Shown piece by piece: positions 58,014-64,000 of a stretch of DNA of 64,000 nucleotides; position 1 is the stretch's first letter; each line of letters starts with the position of its first letter. Under the pieces are notes generated by a model. The model saw only the letters and a list, made by a program, of their open reading frames with translations, was not told the DNA's origin and did no database searches. Origin of the DNA: a virus. Lineage: Duplodnaviria > Heunggongvirae > Uroviricota > Caudoviricetes. The stretch spans positions 14,642-78,641 of IMG/VR virus record IMGVR_UViG_3300012347_000520; one strand, given 5' to 3'. A program made the position numbers and the translations under genes.

Positions 58014-58811
58014 TTATCTTCCTACGTTAACCATACCTTTAAAATCGGTAGGGATGATGATTGTGTGAACATGACCTTCACGAACAGCTTTGGCAATTTC
58101 CATTTGAGCCATTGCGTTCATGTACGGGATTGCCTGACTGTTGCTGTTTAGGGTCTGAATACGAATAGCTTCTTGTTTAGCAATTTCTACTTCAACTTGC
58201 TTAGTCTTCAAATCGTTCTGAGCACGAACAGCGTTGTTAGCCGAAGCAACAATATCATCGGCTGGAGTAGCTGAGGTAACACGAACTTGGCTAATATTAA
58301 TAGATTTTTCCAGCTTTTCTTCAGTCAACATAGCTTTAATGATATTGTGAACATCTTTTTCAATGTTTTCACGGTTATCGGCAACTTCTAGAGCTTTGTA
58401 CTTACGAACAGCTTTAGCGGCGGCAGAACTCAGTACCTGAGACATATAGTTTTGCATCAGCAAGTAATCGCCGTGATGAAGGGTATGAAAGCTACGAGAC
58501 TGATTAACCCACAATTCGCTAACACTAGCTGGATTAATTTCATAAACGATATTAATATCGAAGTCTTTAAGAGTTGAGTTATCAGCAGTTTGAGGAGTCA
58601 AGTTTTCCCAACCAGTAGGGATCGAGCGCACTTGAAACTCAAGTACAGAGCCAATCAAAGTCTGGTTCCAAGAACCTGCTTGAAGCTCAGTGCCTTGAAT
58701 CTGTTTTGACATATCAACGCGCAAACCAACAGTACCTGTCTCAATGCGGGTACAGGCTTGCAGAGAGAACAAGGCTACAACAATAAAAAAGAGTTTAAAA
58801 AAGTGTTTCAT
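58014..58811 (-). CDS. SPFH/band-7 (prohibitin-like) domain lipoprotein
   Basis: Lipoprotein signal (FSLQAC). IETGTVGLRV.. start of an SPFH core. DFDINIVYEINP and an AE-rich helical segment (..AVRAQNDLKTKQVEVEIAKQEAIRIQ..) typical of band-7 proteins. Confidence 0.5.
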   Translation of the reverse strand: MKHFFKLFFIVVALFSLQACTRIETGTVGLRVDMSKQIQGTELQAGSWNQTLIGSVLEFQVRSIPTGWENLTPQTADNSTLKDFDINIVYEINPASVSELWVNQSRSFHTLHHGDYLLMQNYMSQVLSSAAAKAVRKYKALEVADNRENIEKDVHNIIKAMLTEEKLEKSINISQVRVTSATPADDIVASANNAVRAQNDLKTKQVEVEIAKQEAIRIQTLNSNSQAIPYMNAMAQMEIAKAVREGHVHTIIIPTDFKGMVNVGR

Positions 58812-58812
58812 T

Positions 58813-58989
58813 TTAGAATAAGATAATGATTGCTATTAAAGAAAGAAAGGCAAGTAGGGCGGTAAAGAAACCATAAGCAACAGTCTTTAAAAGACTAATA
58901 CGCTCACGATTACTCATAACCATAAAAGAGTTAATAGCTAGCGTGATACATAACCACGCTAGCATAAAGTTGGCAAGAATTTTAATCAT
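58813..58989 (-). CDS. small membrane protein (58 aa, below the ORF-track threshold)
   Basis: Unlisted ORF MIKILANFMLAWLCITLAINSF..LLAFLSLIAIIILF with two hydrophobic helices. Its stop lies 1 nt before the SPFH gene ATG. Confidence 0.4.
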   Translation of the reverse strand: MIKILANFMLAWLCITLAINSFMVMSNRERISLLKTVAYGFFTALLAFLSLIAIIILF

Positions 58990-59188
58990 TTTTTAGTTTC
59001 TTTACTTGATGATCGTATAGAATACAACCAAGTATCCACACTAAAAACGTGATAAGTGCCGTAGCTATAAAGCCAAACAAGTAAATAGGATACTTAACAA
59101 TAATAAGCATAATTGCTGAACTAATAATCAGCAAACCTAACATAATGATTAGTGTACGAGCTAAGGCTAGTTTATTAATGTTTTTCAA
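58982..59188 (-). CDS. small membrane protein (68 aa, 2 TM)
   Basis: Two hydrophobic helices. Start/stop overlaps with both neighbours. Confidence 0.45.
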   Translation of the reverse strand: MKNINKLALARTLIIMLGLLIISSAIMLIIVKYPIYLFGFIATALITFLVWILGCILYDHQVKKLKND

Positions 59189-59811
59189 ATTCTAACTCCT
59201 AGTAAACGCAAATGCGCAAGGGAGGCAAGCTCTGAGGCTTCTTGGTAGGCGGATTGTTTCCACTTGTCGGCAAGCAACCAGATACGATAAACGTACCCGT
59301 GTTTGTCTGATGTTTGCTCCGCATCAATGCGGGCTGTGGAATCGTATCGTGCCGAATACACGACTTCACCAATCTGGAATCTATCACGAACTGCTCCGTC
59401 TGGAATCAACTGAGGGTCAAAATAAGTGTGCCCTGGGACGCGAATTGGAACCGCATTTTCTTCAAGAACATTCTTGATAAAAGTCGGGCTACGATAAGTA
59501 GCTTTCGAGATCGCATCTACAGTCTCACCGCCTAGGTATTCGCCAATAATATATACTAGCTCGTCATTGGTAACTGGCTTACCACGCAGCTCAGCACGAC
59601 GCTTAGCTGAACGCTCTTGCTTTTGTTTAAACTCTTGGATAAGCGTACCAAGGCGAGTTGTATTATATGCCATGCCCAACATAGCACAAGCATCTTTTTT
59701 AGTAATCGGCTTAGCAGCCTCATCTTGTGGCTCAAGCAAACGGATTACTTTGGACAGGTTTGCGTCAGTCATCAATTCTTGTTCAATTTCTGATCGTTTA
59801 CGAGTTGCCAT
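59185..59811 (-). CDS. hypothetical protein
   Basis: Start set at MATRKRSEIEQ.., which has RBS AAAGGAAA. The track ORF has a 25-codon unlikely leader. Basic/helical N-terminus. No family recognised. Confidence 0.45.
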   Translation of the reverse strand: MATRKRSEIEQELMTDANLSKVIRLLEPQDEAAKPITKKDACAMLGMAYNTTRLGTLIQEFKQKQERSAKRRAELRGKPVTNDELVYIIGEYLGGETVDAISKATYRSPTFIKNVLEENAVPIRVPGHTYFDPQLIPDGAVRDRFQIGEVVYSARYDSTARIDAEQTSDKHGYVYRIWLLADKWKQSAYQEASELASLAHLRLLGVRI

Positions 59812-59873
59812 TGTATTTCCTTTTAAAAGATTATTATATCCTATTTGACCTTGATACACAAGTCTAAAATTAA

Positions 59874-59896
59874 AAAGGCGGCACATGGCCGCCTTT
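59874..59896 (-). terminator. rho-independent terminator (minus strand)
   Basis: aaggcggc-acatg-gccgcctt hairpin followed, on the minus strand, by TTTTTAATTTT. Confidence 0.55.
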
Positions 59897-59898
59897 GA

Positions 59899-60258
59899 TT
59901 ACTTGAGTACGCTTAGGAAGTACACAGCTGCTTTACCTGTCAATTTAGACAAAATGTCGTCATCGACTGGTTTGTTAGCTTCTTCCAATGCTTGACGCAA
60001 CTCAGCAATAGCGGATTCTTTAGAAACGCGCTTAGTGCCTTCGCCACTAGCTTTAGTTGTTTTTGCGCTAGGAGCTGATGCGTCTTTCTTGACGTATACG
60101 CCTGCTTGCACGAGAACCATACGAACGCCGTTTGGAGACATTTCGATTTCTTCTGCAATATCTTTGATAATTTCTGTAGAATTTTCAGGAGTTGGGCCAG
60201 CACCTTCGTACTTAGCGATAACTTCTTGCTTCAATTCTTCTGTCCATGCTGTTGCCAT
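59899..60258 (-). CDS. hypothetical protein carrying one or two copies of the HTH-like repeat found in 54316..55062
   Basis: TPENSTEIIKDIAEEIEMSPNGVRMVLVQAGVYV and ESAIAELRQALEEA...ILSKLTGKA match the repeat pattern of the four-repeat protein. Confidence 0.45.
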   Translation of the reverse strand: MATAWTEELKQEVIAKYEGAGPTPENSTEIIKDIAEEIEMSPNGVRMVLVQAGVYVKKDASAPSAKTTKASGEGTKRVSKESAIAELRQALEEANKPVDDDILSKLTGKAAVYFLSVLK

Positions 60259-60296
60259 TTTTTAATTCCTTAGTTTGTTTAATTTGTTTCTAGTAT

Positions 60297-60569
60297 TTAA
60301 GCGTATTCAACTGTTACATCAGTCATACGATCTGGTACGAATCGGCGATAGTTTTTTGATAAATCAAATTCTGCATACAAAGCCATACGTTTAGTATACA
60401 GCTCGTCTTCTAATTGCTTTAGCTTTGGAAGAAATTCTGCATATGAATCTAGGGACATATCACTAACATCAATGCCTTCTACGTGTGCTGTAGGCGAAAC
60501 AAGTTCTACCAAAGTACGAGTAGAAACATCACCATTAGCTTTTGTATAGTTAAATTCTTTGATTTTCAT
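60297..60569 (-). CDS. hypothetical protein
   Basis: 90-aa ORF in the early-gene cluster. Confidence 0.4.
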   Translation of the reverse strand: MKIKEFNYTKANGDVSTRTLVELVSPTAHVEGIDVSDMSLDSYAEFLPKLKQLEDELYTKRMALYAEFDLSKNYRRFVPDRMTDVTVEYA

Positions 60570-60633
60570 AATGTTCTTTCCGTTGAATAAGTATATATTA
60601 TATAGGAAACCGATTCAATTTGCAAATGCAAAA

Positions 60634-60894
60634 TTATTCTTGTTCGTGAACAATCTTACTTAGGCTAGTTCTAAAACGCTCATTCATACTAGGAACAAAC
60701 AGCGGAAGAGCTATTAGTGGAGCCATAATTGTCGTAAGAATAAAATAAATAAAATACGACGTTTTAGGATTCTCGGTTAGAACATTTTTTACATCTTTAG
60801 ATGTAGCTTCCTGAATAGCAGGAATGAATATGTCAATTAATGCAAAAATTGACGTACTCAGGGCGAATATGAGATAATACTCAATCATGCCCAT
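60634..60894 (-). CDS. small membrane protein
   Basis: 86 aa with two hydrophobic helices. Confidence 0.4.
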   Translation of the reverse strand: MGMIEYYLIFALSTSIFALIDIFIPAIQEATSKDVKNVLTENPKTSYFIYFILTTIMAPLIALPLFVPSMNERFRTSLSKIVHEQE

Positions 60895-61277
60895 ACTAGG
60901 TTTCCAAGAGCATCGTGTGCTCGTGCACCTAGTGTAAAGCTAACTTTACCTTCTGGAAGTTTGATCTGAGACCAATCAGCGCGAGTCAAATGCAAGCGAG
61001 CATTGCCGCGAACAGACTCAGTACTAGAGAACACGTTCAAGTCCATACGACCTGTGAACTCTTTAAACAACTTGGCTTCACGAATCATTGTGTGTGACCA
61101 ATAGCTGTTGTTTGGGGTCTTGCGACTAGAAGGGCGGTCATCACTAAGAGCAACCTTAACTTGTTCGTTGTTAGGTTGTTGCTTCAAAGTACGCTCCAAT
61201 CGCTTTTTACGATTGATAGAGTAGCGGCTAACGGGTTTAGCTGGTGTAGCTGCTTTGTTCGATGATTTAGTTGCCAT
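60885..61277 (-). CDS. hypothetical basic protein
   Basis: 130 aa with a Lys/Arg/Ser-rich N-terminal ~60 aa, then a compact C-terminal domain. Confidence 0.4.
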   Translation of the reverse strand: MATKSSNKAATPAKPVSRYSINRKKRLERTLKQQPNNEQVKVALSDDRPSSRKTPNNSYWSHTMIREAKLFKEFTGRMDLNVFSSTESVRGNARLHLTRADWSQIKLPEGKVSFTLGARAHDALGNLVWA

Positions 61278-61298
61278 TGTATTTTTTATTTAATTTAA

Positions 61299-61598
61299 TT
61301 ATTCGAAAGTGTGGATAAATTCTGAATCTAGCAAACAATCTTGGATTTCGTCTGCTTTTTCCAAGGTATGCAAAGTGCAACGAATATCTACTAGAGTACC
61401 GATTAGTACGTCGATGATATCTACGCTAAGTGGAATTGATCGACCACAAGTATCACTAATAGTGAAGTCTTCTGTACCGCCTGGGTTTGAGCCGAACTCT
61501 ACTGAATTGTAGAAGAATTCGCCTTTGTACTCAAACAAGCCGTCTGAGCCAAACGTCTCAACGTGCTCGTTAGGTACTTTACCAATAAAATATTTCAT
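61299..61598 (-). CDS. hypothetical protein
   Basis: 99-aa ORF downstream of the tRNA terminator, with an AT-rich upstream region. Confidence 0.4.
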   Translation of the reverse strand: MKYFIGKVPNEHVETFGSDGLFEYKGEFFYNSVEFGSNPGGTEDFTISDTCGRSIPLSVDIIDVLIGTLVDIRCTLHTLEKADEIQDCLLDSEFIHTFE

Positions 61599-61683
61599 GT
61601 GTTTCCTTAGTGTTATATTGCTGTGTAAAAAATAATTATATCAAATAGTATTCAATATTTCAAGAATATATTTTTGCAACAAA

Positions 61684-61712
61684 AAACCACCTATCTGGTT
61701 AATAGGTGGTTA
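61684..61712 (-). terminator. rho-independent terminator (minus strand) directly after tRNA-Met
   Basis: On the minus strand, aaccaccta-ttaaccaga-taggtggtt hairpin followed by TTTTTT. Confidence 0.6.
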
Positions 61713-61714
61713 AG

Positions 61715-61789
61715 TGGTGCGCTAACTAGGAATTGAACCTAGACTCGACCGATTATGAGTCGGCTGCTTTACCATTAAGCTATTAGCGC
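61715..61789 (-). tRNA. tRNA-Met (anticodon CAT; could be Ile2 if lysidinylated)
   Basis: Reverse complement folds as a cloverleaf: acceptor GCGCTAA/TTAGCGC, D-arm GCTT-AATGGTA-AAGC, anticodon arm GCCGA-CTCATAA-TCGGT, T-arm CTAGG-TTCAATT-CCTAG, encoded CCA. 75 nt. Confidence 0.75.
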
Positions 61790-61795
61790 GTATTT

Positions 61796-61939
61796 TTATA
61801 AGTCAAGTGATTCGTAGTCTTCTTTGCCTACACCACACTCTGGACACTCATAGTCGTCAGGTGCAGCATTAAACTCAGATTCTGTTAGCTCGTGTCCACA
61901 CACTACGCAGATATAGATTTTATCGTTTACTTCGCTCAT
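61796..61939 (-). CDS. rubredoxin-like small iron protein (47 aa, below the ORF-track threshold)
   Basis: Unlisted ORF MSEVNDKIYICVVCGHELTESEFNAAPDDYECPECGVGKEDYESLDL with rubredoxin CxxCG...CPxCG knuckles. Its ATG overlaps the rubrerythrin stop (ATGA). Confidence 0.6.
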   Translation of the reverse strand: MSEVNDKIYICVVCGHELTESEFNAAPDDYECPECGVGKEDYESLDL

Positions 61940-62388
61940 TTTACACTTTCCCAAACTTGTTGATATGCTTCTGCATGACGTTGCTCTACTCGTTTTAGTG
62001 CTGCAAAGCGCTTCTCAGCTTTTGCTAGTACTTGGGCAAATTCGTCAGCGTGTTGTTTTGATTCGGCAGCCTGTAAGCGAGCTTCTAGCAAAGCTTCGTC
62101 ATTGCGCTCAAGTTCTGCCTGTTCTTCCATACGCGGATACATTTCCATGTATTCGTAAGTCTCGCCTTCGATGGCTTTTTCTAAACAGATTTTTACGCTA
62201 GGGCGGCCAATAAGCAGCTCAAGGTGACCCCAAGCGTGTTTAAGTTCTTGCTGTGCAGTATGCTCGAAGTGTTTAGCAACATCTTCAAACCCGTCTTCGC
62301 GAGCAATCTTAGCAAAGTACATATATTTTGTAAATGCCATTGACTCGCCAGCTAGTGCACCTTCTAAGTTTTGTAAGGTTAGCGACAT
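61936..62388 (-). CDS. rubrerythrin/ferritin-like diiron protein
   Basis: Four-helix-bundle ferritin-like pattern with E...ExxH pairs (..AGESMAF.., ..QQELKHAWGH.., ..EGETYEYMEMY.., ..AESKQHADEF..). Confidence 0.55.
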   Translation of the reverse strand: MSLTLQNLEGALAGESMAFTKYMYFAKIAREDGFEDVAKHFEHTAQQELKHAWGHLELLIGRPSVKICLEKAIEGETYEYMEMYPRMEEQAELERNDEALLEARLQAAESKQHADEFAQVLAKAEKRFAALKRVEQRHAEAYQQVWESVK

Positions 62389-62903
62389 TGTTTTTTAATT
62401 TCCTCTAGTGAGATTGGTGTGTAATTGATACGTTCCATAGACACGTTAAAGTAACGCTTGTCAGGAATCTGCGAAAGCGGCATTTTAACTACATTGTGGT
62501 GTAGGTGTCCGTGTACATTCAAACCCCAGCGAGCTAGGGATTCTTGATGAATTGGGATATGGGTCATAATCAAACCATCAAACTGGTGACTACCACGAAT
62601 ATCTTTGAAATATTCTAGGTACGCTTTAGCATCACATTGATCGTGGTTGCCTTTGATGAGAACCTTCTCTCCGTTAAGACGTGCAAGAATCTTTAAGCCT
62701 GAGTTTTTGCGATTCATGCAAACGTCGCCTAAGAAGTATACTTTATCATTAGGTCTAACTGTTTCGTTATGACACTTAATGATATGCTCGTTCATATGGT
62801 CAACGTCGACAAAATCACGCAGGGGCGTGCCGTCGTCGCGCTTGAAGGTCAGGATATTAGCGTGACCAAAGTGATGATCTGACGCAAAAAAGATATTAGC
62901 CAT
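62379..62903 (-). CDS. metallophosphoesterase (calcineurin-like phosphatase)
   Basis: DHHFGH and GDV...GNHD metal-binding motifs. 174 aa. Confidence 0.7.
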   Translation of the reverse strand: MANIFFASDHHFGHANILTFKRDDGTPLRDFVDVDHMNEHIIKCHNETVRPNDKVYFLGDVCMNRKNSGLKILARLNGEKVLIKGNHDQCDAKAYLEYFKDIRGSHQFDGLIMTHIPIHQESLARWGLNVHGHLHHNVVKMPLSQIPDKRYFNVSMERINYTPISLEEIKKQCR

Positions 62904-63196
62904 TAATAAGTCTCCCAGTGTGGAGTACCCGTTGTAGTATGCCCGTCGTGTTTGTCAGGGTCGTAGTCTTCAACCCAGCCTTCGATATTGTCAGAGTAGC
63001 TGTCGCCGTCCTCATCCTCATCCTCTATTTCGTATTCACCACGAGGATAGATACCGTACATTTCAGCGTGATCTTTAGCACGCTCCCAAGCAAACTGGTC
63101 AAGTTCTTCGCTAGAAACTGTTACTGGAACTTGGTAAAATTCCCAAGCGTCTGTACCAGCTACGCCAGCGTCCATTCCAATAACAATTTTACGCAT
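62903..63196 (-). CDS. hypothetical acidic protein
   Basis: Start set at MRKIVIGMDAGV... The upstream ORF ends at 63204. Strongly acidic C-terminal half (EDEDEDGDSYSD..). Confidence 0.4.
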   Translation of the reverse strand: MRKIVIGMDAGVAGTDAWEFYQVPVTVSSEELDQFAWERAKDHAEMYGIYPRGEYEIEDEDEDGDSYSDNIEGWVEDYDPDKHDGHTTTGTPHWETY

Positions 63197-63203
63197 AATA
63201 ACC

Positions 63204-63545
63204 TTAGATAGAGATGAATTGTGGTTGAGTAACTGCTTCTTCGCCACCGATTAGTTTAACGAAGATATAAGTTTTGTTTGGGTTTAGTTTAGCTAAACGC
63301 TTGCACTCTGCACGAGCTGCTTGTGTGCTGTAGTGCACAGCAGGAAAGTTAGCAAAGCTAAGACCTTGAGTCTCGCTGAAGCTACCTATTACATAGTTAC
63401 CGCCTTTTACGGCTGAAGTCAGTTGTGTTTTTGTTTGTAGTTTATCGTTATACATAATAGTTTTTGTGTATTTAATAGCAAATTGTTCGGGACTATCTAG
63501 GAACCTTTGTAAGTGTTCTAGATCAAACATGGTTTCATCATTCAT
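63204..63545 (-). CDS. hypothetical protein
   Basis: Start set at MNDETMFDLEHL... The earlier ATG of the track ORF lies inside a hairpin. Confidence 0.4.
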   Translation of the reverse strand: MNDETMFDLEHLQRFLDSPEQFAIKYTKTIMYNDKLQTKTQLTSAVKGGNYVIGSFSETQGLSFANFPAVHYSTQAARAECKRLAKLNPNKTYIFVKLIGGEEAVTQPQFISI

Positions 63546-63551
63546 AATGCA

Positions 63552-63594
63552 AAATCCCCTAAAGAACATATATTATATGCCATTTAGGGGATTG
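63552..63594 (-). terminator. stem-loop (11-bp stem) between two minus-strand genes; terminator/attenuator-like
   Basis: aatcccctaaa ...20 nt... tttaggggatt inverted repeat. On the minus strand it is followed by TTTTGCATT and then the ATG of the next gene. Confidence 0.4.
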
Positions 63595-63608
63595 ATTCAA
63601 GTCTAAAT

Positions 63609-63896
63609 TTAAGTGCCTTGCCAAACTTTTGGGTTTTCTAAATGCGCTTGCATTATCTTCCAAGAAGTTTCGTAGCCGTTATGCGGAATAACGCACTGTG
63701 AGCAGTCTTTACGAGTATTACCATGTTTATCTTGGTATACTAAGTAATTGCCTGGACACTCATAGGCAATAAGTGGGCAATAACAAAAAAGGCAATTAAA
63801 CTCTTTTTTGACATTTTTATGGCAAGGAAAGAACTCGCACTGGCTATTTGTATAGCCTTTAAAATAAATAGTTTGTACGGTATCTTTGGGTTGCAT
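63609..63896 (-). CDS. cysteine-rich small protein (Cys-rich small domain-like)
   Basis: 95 aa with 11 Cys and His in CEFFPCH ... NCLFCYCPLIAYECPG ... CSQC. Resembles the FFPCH / FCYCP signature of the bacterial/archaeal Cys-rich small domain family (from memory). Directly downstream of tRNA-Val. Confidence 0.5.
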   Translation of the reverse strand: MQPKDTVQTIYFKGYTNSQCEFFPCHKNVKKEFNCLFCYCPLIAYECPGNYLVYQDKHGNTRKDCSQCVIPHNGYETSWKIMQAHLENPKVWQGT

Positions 63897-63897
63897 A

Positions 63898-63972
63898 ATT
63901 TTATATTTGGTACGTCGTGACGGTTTCGAACCGCCGACCCTCTCCGTGTAAAGGAGACGCTCTACCCCTGAG
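63898..63972 (-). tRNA. tRNA-Val (anticodon TAC)
   Basis: Reverse complement GCGTTGT-TA-GCTC-AGGGGTA-GAGC-G-TCTCC-TTTACAC-GGAGA-GGGTC-GGCGG-TTCGAAA-CCGTC-ACGACGT-A-CCA forms a standard 75-nt cloverleaf. Coordinates +/-2. Confidence 0.7.
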
Positions 63973-63981
63973 CTAACAACG

Positions 63982-64000
63982 CATTTATTTGTGGAGCGGG
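63982..64000 (-). tRNA. possible 3' end of a further tRNA running off the window edge
   Basis: The minus strand reads ...CCCGCTCCA, then a 9-nt spacer before tRNA-Val, consistent with a tRNA array. Only about 10 nt are visible. Confidence 0.2.

Noticed and set aside
59825-59853. Possible minus-strand promoter TTGTGT-17-TATAAT upstream of 59185..59811
   Set aside because: The -35 is a poor match (4/6) and the region is AT-rich, so it is not reported as a feature.
1-64000. Search for CRISPR arrays, integrase/att sites, transposases and homing endonucleases
   Set aside because: No direct-repeat/spacer arrays and no tyrosine/serine recombinase, transposase or HNH/GIY-YIG motifs were recognised. 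The window looks like a contiguous lytic phage genome segment rather than a prophage or island.

Overview
This window reads as part of a large tailed dsDNA phage genome with an HK97-type head and a siphovirus-like tail. It appears lytic, since no integrase, transposase, CRISPR array or rRNA is visible. It splits into two convergent arms that meet at a bidirectional terminator near 35.1 kb.

The + strand (1-35065) carries the virion and lysis module:
- portal (C-terminal part), a single-chain prohead protease-scaffold-major capsid protein, connector, neck proteins and major tail tube
- a tail assembly chaperone pair with a probable -1 frameshift site, and a 2188-aa tape measure protein
- baseplate and tail proteins with tandem Ig/FN3-like repeats, and several fibre proteins, including a 2113-aa protein built from at least 8 tandem LamG/ConA-like domains
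- a tail fibre assembly protein, an i-/o-spanin pair, a GH19 endolysin, holin candidates and PhoH

The - strand (35117-64000) carries replication and nucleotide metabolism plus accessory genes:
- putative class II RNR, dUTPase, FEN/5'-3' exonuclease, a PD-(D/E)xK nuclease, SbcC/SbcD, glutaredoxin, a gp2.5-like SSB, SF2 helicase, family A DNA polymerase, DnaG-type primase, DnaB-type helicase, and an NAD-dependent DNA ligase split into two ORFs
- a cluster of small early genes, and two tRNAs (Met-CAT, Val-TAC) with a possible third at the window edge

Transcription signals are unusually clean. Several near-perfect sigma70 consensus promoters (TTGACx-17-TATAAT, some with an extended -10) and many hairpin+U terminators are visible.

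The most unusual content is accessory:
- a highly expressed Gly/Gln-rich protein + Dps-like ferritin + collagen-like/fibre-paralog operon on the replication strand
- a translationally coupled rubredoxin/rubrerythrin pair beside a metallophosphatase
- a four-fold HTH-like repeat protein with a paralog
- an SPFH/band-7 lipoprotein flanked by several small membrane proteins
- a small lipoprotein between nuclease genes

All coordinates for non-ORF features are hand-indexed and may be off by 1-3 nt.
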